Below the pieces are notes generated by a model, which saw nothing but the letters and a program-made list of their open reading frames with translations, searched no databases and was not told the DNA's origin. DNA of 62,876 nt, the filler included, from Sphacelaria rigidula (taxonomy: Eukaryota): assembly GCA_964200075.2 (NCBI GenBank). It is 11 parts of 11 records of this genome, joined end to end, with 100 filler letters (N's around TTAATTAATTAA, not from the genome) between each part and the next. Parts side by side here need not be neighbours in the genome. Positions count along the whole stretch, not along the records: positions 22,904 to 28,528 come from CAXNAA020025760.1; positions 28,629 to 34,253 come from CAXNAA020025761.1; positions 34,354 to 39,978 come from CAXNAA020025762.1; 8 more parts are not named here. One strand, given 5' to 3'. Positions 24,122-37,600 of this stretch are shown here, piece after piece. Numbering within the stretch: position 1 is the first letter of the stretch; each line of letters opens with the position of its first letter. Made by a program: the position numbers and the translations under genes.

Positions 24122-26418
24122 GGCTGTGTCTAGCACATCATTTTTCGATCGAAAATCTGCGGTGAAAAGTTAATGTTTCAAGACACGCCCTGAGACATGA
24201 CCATGAAAGAGGATGCTCGAGTTTTCGCCAACAAAGAAAAAACAAAGCATACCCGACTTTTGCGGTGCATCTATCCCTTTGCTCACTCGTGCCCTGTGCT
24301 GCAGGGTTGAGATGGTAGCTGATAATAAGTTGTATGGAATTTGCACGGTTCCGTGAACCGGTGGTAACTGGCGTGGCAGTTTTGCACCAAAAAAAAGAAA
24401 TCGTTTTTTTCCGGAACATAATCTGACCACTTTTCCCTCCAGTGCGCACTCCTGCAGCGTACAATGCCAGATATAGCGACGTGAAGCTGTTGACTGTGGT
24501 TCGTACAACATATGAGCAAAATTGTAGTGCCTCGCAGCGACTACAGCGCGCGTAGGGCCGTGCGTCATGAACTGCGCACCTCTGCAGACAATATGCCGAT
24601 CGGTACACTGCTGATGGCCATGATCCAGAAAGGGTCATCGGTGTCAGTTTGCTACAATATCGCCCGCCCAACCGCGCTAAATGTCCACTTTTGTGCATCT
24701 GCGCGTGCAAATATGCATTCACCTGTGGTGCGCAAAGTCTGGGCAGCTGCATGACCGATTTGAGAGCGCATGAACAGCATTCCCCACAATCGGCTGGGGC
24801 CATGTTGTACGGTGTTCCCCGGCCCGATCTCGCGGATGCTTTGGACATATGCTGTGTTGTGCCCACCTGGTGTGAAAAGTTTCATGACGGAAAACGCAGT
24901 CACAGGCGAAAAATTCACACCTCAAGTCACACTGGAAAATGGTGGTTCATCGTAGGAAAATACTCAAACAAACATGAGAAGATGCGGTTACGCCCTGATT
25001 ACGCCGCATATCATATGCGGTGACGTAGTATCAACGTACGGGTACTGTCTGTAGACCGCACATTGCATCAGCGTATTATAGTGCACTTTATACAGTGATC
25101 ATGACGGAATTTTCGAATTTCAAACCCATCAGCTGCGCCGTCAGACATGCATGCAAACGATTGTGCCGTTCTCCAGTGCGACAAAAGCAATTGAAATGCT
25201 TCTTTTCCAAGCGGATTATGCACTCTATATACTACGCCGCGGGCGCGGTGGTGCGCTGGAACACCAAGCGTGGTCGCCACCTATCGTCGTACAATGGGGC
25301 CCGCGAGGCACCCGTACCGAGCAACACCATGCACACCACCGAACGCGGCACATGATCATCACGTTCTCAGCCTGCAACTTGAGCCGACGACCCAGCACAT
25401 AGCTTTTTTCAGATATGCCGTGTGGTGGGCCGGAGGTTGTCCTTCTGGGGCACCTCGCTCGTGTGAACTACACCTACTTTGCGGATGATCCAAGCTGGTA
25501 ATTTATACGATGATTTTTGCATGCGAAAGTCCGCATACATTTGACTTTTTTTTCTTTTGGCGCAACACTGGTGGTAGTCTGTAAAAGAGGAGTCAAGTGC
25601 CGCTTCGTGCACATCGACCGCATGTTTTTGATCGCAAAAGCTTAGCGCTATTTTTTCAAGTTTTTTTCCGCGCGACATTAGTTGTACAAATGAGTTGAAG
25701 CCTTCTATAAACAGAAATATGGTGAACCTATCAGATCGAAAAAAATCGACCGCACTTTTTCGATCGAAAACAAATAGCCAAGGGCGTGCCTCAGGTCAAC
25801 TCCAACGGGAGCCGGTCAAAATTCCTGTCGACAACTGTCTCTTGGGCCCTTCTCTGTCGATTTACGCCCGAAAAGAGGGCTAGGCAGATGTTGACGCCTT
25901 GGAATGACTTTCTCTACTTTGTTGAGACCGTTCTAGGGCAACTTTGCATTTCCCCCTGGCCGCACTTTTATTTTTGGCTGAGCACGGATGTTCGGTAAAA
26001 AGCGGTCAGGTGATCAAAATTTCCTCCCTGACCGTTTTTCATTGAAAATCCGTGTTTGGCCAAAACCAAAAGTGCGGCCAGCGGGAAATGCAAAGTTGCC
26101 CTGAAACGGTTTGAGTAGCGCAAGTCGTTCGAAAACGTCAACATCCTCCTGGACCTCTTTTCAGGCGTAAAACGACGAAAAAGGACCAAAAAATCAGTTT
26201 TGAATAGAACTTTTGAACGGCTCCCATTAGAATCGGTCTTGGCATATTAGTTTTCGATCAAGAATGTGCGGCAGGAAACGAAAATCCCGATTCGATAGGT
26301 CTTAGGTTCAACCATCGTCGAAAATTTCGAAGATGGTTGAAATGACGACCTATCAAATCAGGATTTTCGTTTTCCATCGCACTTTTTCGATTGGAAATGG
26401 ATGTGCTACGACACGGCC
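24122..26418. mobile_element. Non-autonomous PIF/Harbinger-type element (~2.3 kb)
   Basis: TIRs GGCTGTGTCTAGCACATCATTTTTCGATCGAAAA / TTTTTCGATTGGAAATGGATGTGCTACGACACGGCC. TAA TSD at 24119-24121 and 26419-26421. No transposase ORF is recognisable. Confidence 0.72.
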
Positions 26419-28628
26419 TAAGACACGCCCTGATAAGGAAGGCCCCTGTCTTATCGAGACAAGGAAAAAAAACATGAAAATGAACAAACACACCTTACAA
26501 AACTGGCTTCCTGGGAAGAGCGGTGATTTTTTCCGCACTGGACGCAGTAGGAGACAGGTCTGGAAATCTCAACGAGCGTCACCTAAACAATGACTAAACC
26601 ACGTGACACCGTGACAACACAGCCTGAGCAAACACACACAGACATCCACCGCACAAGTGCAGCACGCCTGGTGCTAGCTCTTGCCCATCTATGCACCATG
26701 CTCTTTGTTTCACGGCAATCCATTCGGTATTGGAAAAGAGCCGGCCGTGTTTGTGCAACAGATGGAGTCGTTGACTGTTTGTGGGTGTGTTGAACGATGC
26801 CTGTCTAGCAAAAATCATTGTGGCTCATTCGATTTTGAACCGATTTTTCTCGAGCTTGAAATATTCTACTCAGTCGATCAGTAGCTCGAGCTATTCATTT
26901 AATATGCTGAGCTGGTGAGACTAGAAGTTTATGTGAGCTTATCCCTGAAGGAGCGACCCCCCGCAGGTAAACTGAGATAGAGAGTGTCAAGTTTGGGGTT
27001 CAGAACAGCTCTTTTCTCGCCACACAGAACGCCTTACTTCATTTGTAGTGATGTGGGTGACAGGCATATATGTAGAAAAGAGTTCCGGAGAGCCCCCGAT
27101 TGGTTTTGGCCAGGCAGTCTGTAGCGCGCAGAGTTGGTATGTGTGTGATATATCTCCGCTGGATACAACGGCAAGTAATAGTCAGCGTGCCATCGCTCTC
27201 CGCTGAACGCAAATTTCTGCATCCGGTTCGGTTTTCCATCAAGTTTAGTTCAGTCCGTCTATTTTGTGTGTCATTTTGGCTGAAGTACGGCACATATGTT
27301 TAGTACACATTATCAGTCCGCATGTGTCGTTATGCATGATTAGGTTGATCAGACAGGTGGCAGATTCCAAACGAGTCGCAACCGCAACACGAGCACCAGA
27401 CGTTTTCAACAATTTTGAATTTGCTTCCAGGCCTTGATCTCCGATACCCAATTGCGCTAGCTCGACGACTTGAGATTATCGAAGTGGAGGTGACAAGAAA
27501 AAGTTACAGTAGAGCGCGCCCCCTTCTCGTGAGTTCAATGTCTGAAGAGCACAATGCCTCTAGGGTGGGCGCAAAGCCCACGAACGGTCGATTTCAAAGG
27601 GTTACGCTGATGGGCGTGGCCCATGCATACTCATACACCCTCACGGGTTTTCACGAACGCCCATGGGTCAACACATGCGTATTCGTGAACTCGAGGTGAT
27701 CATGGTTGCCTAAGGGTTGCTTGTACGGCAGCCCGTTCATTTCTCCCTCTGTGGATGTAAGATAGCGACAACACCATATGCGCTCCTGGGTATACCTGGT
27801 ACACAAGTCGATGTGCACACTCAGATCATGACACATGACAACATGACAACTCTCTTTGAACTTGCGGTCATTTTCCCGCCTTTTTTCCCGTTGGCGTTAT
27901 CGTAAGCCGGCACTGGCGACCACAGCGCGGAACCGTTACTGCAATGTGTATTAGGGGACGCGAAGATACAATCCCAGCGAATAGGATGACGTCGATATAT
28001 CGCAACAATTCATTTCGTGTTGATTGTTACAGGCCAATGTTGATGCTTATTATGGAGGACTTCGTGATACTTGACTTCTTCTTAGTGATGGATAGATGTA
28101 CTTCGTGTATAAACGAAAAGAAAAAGGTCCATTTTGAAGCCTGACACACATCTTCGCTGACGAGACTCGAATGGATTAGATGTGTTGGCGAGCTTTTCTT
28201 CAGTCAGCAACGTCGGCGAGCCCTGATGCTGGAAACGGTAATACCGGTCGTGTGTTTCCAGAGGGATGGTATTCAGCGTACAAACATCCCACCGATGAAA
28301 AATGTGCCCCTCCGGTATTGGTCGTAATATCAGCAAGAATCCTTCCGCCGATGGGTCTGTGAGAGTATGGGTCGCTCGCCAGGGGGTAAGACACTAACAG
28401 AAAATCGATAGATCAGGGGTTGTGATTGTAACTCATGGATTAGATGTGTCGGCCGTCGACCATGGGTTGGCATAGGTGACAAATAACAGCCGATTTTCGA
28501 AAATGGGGTTGAAAAAAAAAATGAGGTTNNNNNNNNNNNNNNNNNNNNNNNNNNNNNNNNNNNNNNNNNNNNTTAATTAATTAANNNNNNNNNNNNNNNN
28601 NNNNNNNNNNNNNNNNNNNNNNNNNNNN

Positions 28629-31600
28629 AAGTTAAACCTCAATTCTCACAATTTGTTGTTATTGGGCAATACGGGGGAAATAAGACGAAGACGAATGGGG
28701 TGGAATTGCCGGAGTTTCTTGAGCATAACGAGATGAAGACGCTGAACAATAGAGCACAAAAGCCAGAGGCGCAATGGACATGGACTAGAAAATACAAAGA
28801 CGAGAGAGAACGCTCCGCTTTTGACCATATAGTGGTAGAGCATGGGAATGGTGAAGAAATGGAAGTGCATGTGTGCGCGGAGGACGTAAAAACTACAGAT
28901 CATTGCCTCACATGGACAGAAAGCCAACAGTCGAGAGCTGAAAGAAATAGGCGGGGTAGGAAGTTGTACAAATGGAGAGACGATGAACTAGAAATGAAAA
29001 AAAACACAGCAGGAGTTTGGAGAAAAGATGATCCGAAGTGAAGCGAAACTTTCCAAGCTGTTGCACAGCGTAGGTATAGTTCATACTTGAATGGAAAGAA
29101 ATCGGGCAGGAGCGAAGAATATAGAAGGATGGGGGCAGTTGGTCAAGAACACAGCAAGTAAAGTCATAGGGAAGAAACTGATCGTATGCAACAGAGCAGT
29201 GAACTGGTGGGATGGCAAAATAAATGAGGCTATAAGGGTAAGAAGAGGTGCCCGCGAAAGGTACACAAAGAGTAAAACTACGGCAGGATGGGAGGAATAT
29301 ACTAAAGCTCAAAAGGAAGTCAAAAGGACGGCATGTAGGAGAAGAAGAAGGGAGTATGGGAAGATGTAGTGAAAAAAGCAATTAAAGATTTCGATGGCGG
29401 GATGAAAGAAATGTGGGGAGGTATTAAAAGGATCAAGGGAAAACAGGCAGGAACAATGGGCAAGGGGATAGTCACACCACGAGCACACAGCGGTACGAAG
29501 GTTGAGAGTTAAAAGGGGAAGAGAGAAGTGCTGGTCGAGCTCGACCGTAAACGAGGAACACCAAACCATAACACGGAATTCGCCAAGCAATTCGAGAAAG
29601 AGATCAACGAGTGGGCAGTGCCAAATGTAGATGCTTCAAAACGGGTCGATAGTGGCTCGAAAGAATGGCAAAAAGAGTTTATCAGGGATGAAGTGAAGGA
29701 TTGTGTAGCTAACTTCAACAACAAAAAAGGCAGCAGAGGCAAACGAAATAGTGAATGAATGTCTACAATGCGGGGGAGAGGGAATGATTACCATGATGAT
29801 TATGCTGTGAAACTGAATCTGGGACAGCGAGTACACACCCAAGAGGTAGAGAGAAGGAGTGGTTGTCAGTCATTTGAAAAATAAGACACGAAGCTTACGC
29901 ACTAAATTATAAAGAGATAACGCTACTGAGCACGGTAGGGAAACCATTCTGTAAGAACCTGAGTGCTAGGGTAAGAACGATGCCAGAAACAAAAAAAGAA
30001 CTCAGCGAGGAACAAGCAGGTCTCAGACCGAACCGTATTTGCGTAGACCATGTGTACACATTTGGTAAGATCATTCAAGGTAGAAAAAAAAACGGGCTGA
30101 CAACGTACTGTTTCTTTCTGGACGTGCAAAAGGCTTATGACACAGTATGGAGAAATGAGTTGTGGAAAACGTTGTGGGAAACCGGGATCAGAGGAAAGAT
30201 GTGGAGAATGGTGAAGAAGATGACAGAAAGTGCCAAAAGTGTCATGATGTTAGACGGGGGAATATCGAAATATTTTGATATTTTGTAAGAAGTTGAACAA
30301 GGATGTAGGTTACCACCCACTTTATTAGAGGTATTTATCAATGACCTGATATTAGCAATAGAACCAAGAAAGCAAGGAGTCAAGGTGGGTGAAGATATGG
30401 TATCAGGATTGATGTTCGCGGATGATCTTGGGGGGATTTCAGGAAAAGCAAAAGGATGACAGAAACAGATAGACAAGGCGCTAGAATACACTAAGAAATG
30501 GAAAATGACAGCGAACGTTGACAAATGCACGGGACTCGTCTGTAACGAAGATGAGGGAACTTGAGTAGACTTCGAATGGAAGTGGGGAGAAGAGGAATTG
30601 CCGATCGTAGATCAGTATACATACCTTGGCGTAGAGATCTCAAAACCCTGTTCTTGAGATGCACACATAAACAAAACAATAAAACGGGTAAGGAACACAT
30701 AGGCAGAATGAACGTGATCCTCAGAGACCCGCACCTAGACCCTAGGATAAGGAAATGTATCCTTATGAACATGAACGTACCGAAGCTGGAATATGCAGGA
30801 GAACTATGGGAGGGGAACATGAAGTGGGTGAAGAAGTTGGAGACAGTACAGATGGTAGCAGCTAAAAAATACTTGGATGCTCGAAAACGACGAATAATAA
30901 TACTCGTACAGCATTGAGAGCAGAGTTGGCAATGTACCCACTTAAAACAAAGAGAAACATGAGAGAAGTGAGGTGGTAATAAAGCGTCAAGAACGTGCAG
31001 AGTAAGGTTTTGCCAGCCATAGTTGATAGGGCTATATGGAAGAAAGCAACGAAAGGGCAGCCTAGAGTAAGTTGGGGTAAGGAAGTCGAGAAAGTATGGA
31101 AAGAGGTAAGAGGAAATCAAGCCAAAACACTGCCTATAGGGGAAGGTGAGGGGTACAAGACAAGAGCACGAGACATGATAAAAATAAGGGGAAAAGGAGC
31201 ACTCAGACGCAAAGTAGATGAGGAAGAGCTCGTGGAGACATACGGGGGGTTGAGGGTGGGGATAGGGATGGAAACGTATCTACATGGCCCAATGGACGCG
31301 GCGAAAACATCGAAGCTGTGACTTCGGGTGGGGGACCTGGACCTGTCAGAAAGAAGAAAGGGATATACCAGTAGCCGTGTGGAGGAGGAAGCAGATGCAC
31401 AGGATTGCCCCTGTGGCAAAGCAATGGAGAGCAGCACTCTCATACCGTGGCAGATTGTGAACTATACGAGGAGGAAAGGGGCGTGCTTGAGGGAGAAATG
31501 CAGGACGTGAACGAGAGTGGCATGAAATCATTTGGTGCATTAGACAGTAGCGACAAAACGACGGCTATACTAGGAGATCGATAGTGGCCACAGACGGCGA

Positions 31601-31789
31601 AACAGGACGGGGATAAGGTACGGAAAAGATTTTGTGTAGTGCATGGAAAAAACATAATGAGCATCTAAGTGTTGTGGGTGTCTCTACCAGGAGTAGGAAC
31701 GATGCTCCGTTTCGAAAGGGATGCGTGGCCAATGGCCAAACGACTAAGGCAAGCCACGACTGAGTACGCCCCCCCCCCCCTTCCCCCCC
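28629..31789 (+). mobile_element. Degraded non-LTR retrotransposon (LINE) ORF2: AP endonuclease C-terminus, RT, C-terminal Cys motif, 3' UTR and poly(C) tail
   Basis: WTW...SAFDHIVV...TTDHCL (APE), EEQAGLRPNR...FFLDVQKAYDTVWR, EQGCRLPPTL...FINDL, GLMFADDL (RT), CPCGKAMES. Many stops and frameshifts. Ends TGAGTACG-(C)12TT(C)7. Confidence 0.93.
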
Positions 31790-32127
31790 TCACCTCTAGA
31801 CTCTTAGCTTGGCGTCGGGTGGAAACGGCGCTGTAAAACAAGCCATGAGAACCTAGACATAAAATGTTTGGACTTGCATCGTAAATTTAGTAGAGGCCGC
31901 CACTAGACGAAATAAATCCCCGGATCAACAGACACAGTAGGCATGCAAAAACCACAAGAACCGATTTTGTTTCCCCCAATGAAAACACAAAATTGATATG
32001 GATATGATATATCAATAGCTGACCCTTTTTTCTGATTTTATTCCCTCCTTTTCCTTATTTTATTGTTTTCCCTTTCTTCCATTTCTTCTCTCCCTTTCTC
32101 TCTTCTTTCTTCAAGTTTGATCTCCCC

Positions 32128-32755
32128 CGCCATGACACAGCCCAAACAGGCATAGACATGGTCATAAAAAAAAACTAAATATTCTCGTCCTTTTCTTAAA
32201 CCGCCGAAGCACAGCCCGGACATAGACATGAAATAAAGAAGTAAATCATCATTTTTCTTCGATCTACCATAACACAGCCCAGGCATAGACATGGGGTAAC
32301 GAAGCTCATTATCCTATTCTTTAGCCCATCATCACGCAGCCTGGACATAGACATGAAATGAATAGCTAATCATCCTTTTTCTTTCACCTAACATAACACA
32401 GCCCAGGCAGAGACATGAAATGAAGCAGCTAACTCTCCTTTTTCTTTAACCTACCATGACACAGCCCAGACATAGACATGGAATAACGAAGATAACCATC
32501 AATTTTCTTTAACGAACCATAACACAGCTCGGACATAGACATGAAACAACAAAGCTAATCATCCCTCTTTTTTAACCTACCATAATAGAGCCCAGACATA
32601 TACATAGAATGACGAAGCTAATCTTATTTTTTCTTCGGCCTACCATAACACAACCCGGACATGGAAATGAAATAAGAGGCTAACCATCCTTGTTTTGAAC
32701 CTACCAAAACACAGCCCGGACATGGACATGGTATAACGAAGCTAACCATCTTTGT
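32128..32755. repeat. Minisatellite, ~10 diverged units of ~62 bp
   Basis: Consensus approx. CCATAACACAGCCCAGACATAGACATGAAATAACGAAGCTAATCATCCTTTTTCTTTAACCTA. Confidence 0.92.
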
Positions 32756-34353
32756 TGCAGAAATCACAACACAGTCCGAATGTAGGCATGAAATAGCGAG
32801 AACAAACAGTTATGTTTTTCCCTATCAAAAAAGGAAAACAACCGAAATTCTTCCTTGATGTCATAACAAACAGAAGACAAAAATAAAACCAACACCTAGA
32901 CATGTAAGTAATAGTGTGAAGGTTGACCACCTTGCATGCGAATCGAGAATACCAAATACATAACAAATACGCATAGGGTAGGGTCATCACCCCCGTCATG
33001 TGAAATTCGTGTGGAGGTTGGGGTCTCATGGAAAGATACTCGTGAAACCTTCTTTGTTTCCAGTGAGCGGTGAAAATCTGGTCCGATGTTTTCCTGAAAT
33101 TTCCGATATTGGGTGCAAAAGGTGCCTAATGAAGGAAAGGGGTGGTTAACGCATGACATAAACGTCAAGACCTACAACACTCACGATGAAACAAACACCT
33201 TACCAATGACAGACCACATGACCAACGAGAAGGAGCACCAAGCGGTACGTAGACTTCTTTGTGATGTGATCAGACAAGTAGTGCGAAATTACTTTTGTCA
33301 TTTTCTGATATGCACAGACAAGATATGGCTGGAGGATGAGAAACGTAGATTTGAGGCGACTATTTACACATGCACAGTGCAGCTTCTGCAGAAACTAGTT
33401 ACATTTGGAAAGCAAGTACGTATTGATCGCTACCGGGTGTTGAATGATGTGGATTTGTAGGCATACAGTCATCGTTTTCGGCTGAGTAACGACCAATAGC
33501 TGCTGTTGAAGGATCGAGGTCTGCGTGTACGTTTACATAGCTTGGAGTAAGTCATGACGTGTTGGATTCCGCGTGATGACTTGAGTATTTTTTAGGTCGG
33601 GAACAGTTGTGTCTAGGCGCTCCACCTGGCGTCACTCAGTTCCTCACCGCTGATTTGGGAGTCAGCATTACGGTAGAGACTAATTGAACACGTCTTCGAG
33701 GGTGTAACACATCTGTTGTGTATCCAGCCGCCATCTGCTTGGTGGCTGAGTCCTCAAAAACGAGCTATCCAGGGGGTGAAAGCTTGATTTCGAGTGTAAC
33801 ATACGAAGTAGTACAGCTTGGTTTGTTTCGGTTTTACATTGTGTCGAGGGAGATAGATTGTGAGCGCACCCAAGATGAGCAACTCACTGAAGCAATCAGT
33901 CAAGGCCGATCCTGGGTAAATATATCGCTCCACTGTTCCTTTTCCGGTTGTGTGACACCTTTGCATATTGCATGTTGAGATTGTGAAGGATAGAAGCTGA
34001 TACAATTTGTGAGTGGATCCTCGTCAAAGTTCTCGGCAGCGAAGGTCTACTCAGAAGCATCAGTGGAGTAGCGACCTATGGTGGACCGTACACGGAGTGG
34101 GAAGAAGTGACGTACGGGACATCCCGATGTGAGTAAGACCTTGTGTTATGCAAGCCACCCTTCAGCCTTACACGGTGAAAATAACCTCCCTGGAGAAAGG
34201 TAACCAGTACAGCAGCGGGGCAAGAAGATAGAAGATACGATCGTGGGACGCCTNNNNNNNNNNNNNNNNNNNNNNNNNNNNNNNNNNNNNNNNNNNNTTA
34301 ATTAATTAANNNNNNNNNNNNNNNNNNNNNNNNNNNNNNNNNNNNNNNNNNNN

Positions 34354-34419
34354 GGCTTTGTAGGGATGCGAGGTCAATGGTCTGATGACTATGGCAGGCA
34401 TGATCATGAGTACACCCCC
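34354..34419 (+). mobile_element. 3'-end fragment of poly(C)-tailed LINE-related family
   Basis: AGGGATGCGAGGTCAATGGTCTGATGACTATGGCAGGCATGATCATGAGTACACCCCC aligns with 31717-31775. Confidence 0.7.
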
Positions 34420-34634
34420 AGAACCAGCTAAAAGTGTCACGAAAACAATGGCCATACAGTGCCTGATTTTTGGGTTTAGACTGCATGAAGCGCCTCATAT
34501 TGGCGACATTGGCTAGAGCGAAGCCAAGCGTGGGAATTCCCAGCTTCTCGTTGAGCTCCGCCTTTTCCATTCCGATTTTCGTGAAGATTTTGCTGCCAAA
34601 CCATGCACTTTTGGGGGGGGGGCTATCTTTAAAA

Positions 34635-37600
34635 GTGTCATGTGAAACTCAACGTGGTATGCACACAAAAAGGGGACACGTCATTACCGATCCTGAAGGA
34701 GGAGGCGGTATGCGTGTATGGAGCGGTTGGGCGAAAGCTCAATTATTCAAGACCGGAAGGTCAGGTATATCTAGCGCTCGCTCCTAAAACTCTCGACCGA
34801 AAAGACAAAAAAAATAAAAAACAACAACATACTACACAAAAAACGAAAGGTGTGTACAACGAAAAAAAAAATGAAGGAAGACATAACTTGTGGCAACTGT
34901 TCCAGTAGGTGGAATGGTTGTGAATGTACGGTGCGGAGGACGGAAGTTCAAGGTTCCAGACTCGGGGTCAGGAATGGAACGGTCGTCATTTATACTCTGC
35001 CAGATGAACCCAGAATTAACCAAGAAAATTACCCATTGAACACAAAAAAATCGAAGGCAAAACACGAGGCGAAAAGCGAAGAAAAGAAGAGAAGGAAAAC
35101 AAGAAAAAACAAAGACAAAAACAAATTAAAACAGATGACGCAAAGGCAAAGAAAACCGAATCACAAAACCAGGTTCAAAGCAACAAAGAACAAAAAACAA
35201 CACAAAAAAAATAAAAAATACAAAAAAAATAAAAAATACAGAATTCAAAGAACAACATCAAGCACTACAAGTACGGCGCTGATCAGTACGAAACAAAATG
35301 AAGGGGGGGGGGGAATACATGGTTTCCCAATGGTGCTACGGTGCAAGACAAGCAACTCGAACGCGGCACATTACGCAAGGTGAATGGGGAAGCAGACTGG
35401 GATGCGGCATCATGAGTCATCTGCATCCCAAGCGGTGTCCGTGTTCCGTAGAACGGCTGTTTCGAGTTCCCTTGGTCGTGTCGTTGGAGGCACCAGGATC
35501 CCCTCCGAGCGGTCGGCTCCTCGGTGTAATAGGCATCATCCAAGCGAATCTTGAGGGGGCTCGGGTCATCGAGGAAACGGATAAAGTAGGAGTGGTCAGA
35601 CGCAGGATCGACCAAGTTAATTTTACCCAACCAGCACAGTGAGTCCAAAATTCTACGAAACATACGCCTCTTTCGGCAATCGTTTTCCGTGAAAACACTG
35701 CATGTATTGTGAACGCGAAAGAAGACTATAGCCTGTCACAACAAACCGCGCTGAGTGTTCACGTGTCAGTTCCCGAGCGGCAGCTCCCTTGCGCATCGGT
35801 CGAAACCTTTTATTCAACGGGCGGTGTTGGACGGTATCTCCTACCCTGTACAGCAATATTTCCCGACGAAAATGACGCAAATCAACTTCACGCTCCCATG
35901 TAACACGCATGATACCCTTCCAATGTGTTTGATACATAACCGCTGTCTTACCTCCACGACCGCGAACCAGTTGATGGCCCGAAATCCTATATACCTCAAT
36001 GCGTTCCAGGGGTGCGTCCGCATCCTTGACCATCATATGATACGGCGGAGTTTTGATCGCATACTTGGTCAACACATACTGGCTAAGCCCTAGCGGCAGT
36101 TGTTTGGGCATTTCGGAGGAGTCATGAGGGGGGATACACGGTTTGCATCGTAGCATCAATATGCGATTTTTCGGTTTCAAACCAAGTTTATCCGTGGGAA
36201 AATCTAAATACAAGATTTTCGCTCCTACCGGACTCTTGTCGGGTGCGGTAGCGCTTGGACCAACAGCTAAGATTTCCCAAGGACCAGTCCGATTCAGGGA
36301 TAGTTTCGTCTTCAACACTTTGTTCAAAGATGATGATTTCGAGCTAGCCCCTTGATTGATGGTCTTCACATCGTTACACACCCATGCCCATTGGCCTACC
36401 TTCCACACCGAGCGGTTATGTACCACATCATCCAACATCGAGTTCGCCCTCGCCACCTTAGCCAAATTGATTTGGTTCTGTTCTCGTACCACTTCATATG
36501 CAGAATGAAGGCGATTGCTAATCGACAAACGATGCTCTACAACATCACGATCTAGGCTCTGATGTCCACCTGTATTTTTGCGTTCGAATACCCTTAAAGG
36601 TAACCTAGGCATGCGTCTAATATGAATTTCATTCGGCGACAATCCCGTAGCGGCATTGACTGAAATGTTGTAGTTCATCTGGACGAGGGGCAGGTGCAGG
36701 TCCTAGTCCATATGTTTCTCATTTGCTACAGCAGCAAGCATCTGTGCCATCGTATGGTTCACGCGTTCCGTTCCACCATTGGTGAAAGGGTGATATGAAC
36801 TAATAAAAATGCGATGGGCACCCAAATTGACGGCGGCTGAAAGTTTGCCTGAAAAATGCGGGCCCTTGTCAGACAGTAAGCGTTTGGGCACATCCCATAG
36901 TGGAATGTACTTGTAGATAAGAATGTTCGCGGTGCCTTCCGCGGTATAACTACTGAGGTGGGCGGCGTGCATCACCGCATGTCGACTAAATCTATCCGTA
37001 AACAAAAGAATATACTTATTTCCACTATCCGTCAGGGGCAAAGGACCAAAATAGTCTCACGAAACTACTTCACCACGCCCGTTTGGGGGTGGCATGGAAA
37101 CAATCGGCCAACTGTTTGACGAGAATGTTTTCGCGCCTCACACAAAAGACAACGCCTCACCCACCAACAACACTGATCCATACAAATCCACCAACAAAAA
37201 CGTTCCAACATCTGGGAGATCCTCATGGCGCCTAAATGAGTCGATGCCTGTGGATGGTATTCGTGTAGAACCCATGGGCGCAGGAGCATCGGGACGTAGA
37301 TGCCGATGGGCTCATCACCTAGCAAGCGGGCATGTCGACTTGTAGGCTTCCCCCTGGGGAGGGCTGCTGTGGGCCGGCGAACTAACAGAACTATACCATC
37401 ATCATCCGTATGTAGCATACCTTTCCTTGAAAGTTCAGTATCTTCATCCTGTGTAGGCGCTTTGAGATTCTCGACTGGCAATAGGAATTCGGTTTCTGAG
37501 AATGGACATGGACAACCTTTAGATAGATGATGGATAGCTGATTTACAAGCAGGTTCTGCCTGTTGTTCCCGGGCCCAATCGGCGTGGGAGAAGAGAGTCA

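Noticed and set aside
24138..24866. 242-aa ORF inside the Harbinger-type element
   Set aside because: No DDE or Myb/SANT motif or any other recognisable domain. It is probably a chance ORF.
32128..32755. CRISPR-like periodic array (~62-bp period with a conserved core)
   Set aside because: The supposed spacers are homologous to each other along the whole unit, there are no cas genes, and the context is eukaryotic. It is a minisatellite.
33100..34253. Possible decayed coding sequence after the minisatellite
   Set aside because: Frequent stops in all frames and no identifiable family motif.
34850..35383. Lys-rich 177-aa ORF antisense to gypsy
   Set aside because: It is A-rich low-complexity 3' UTR, and the frame is not preserved in copy B.
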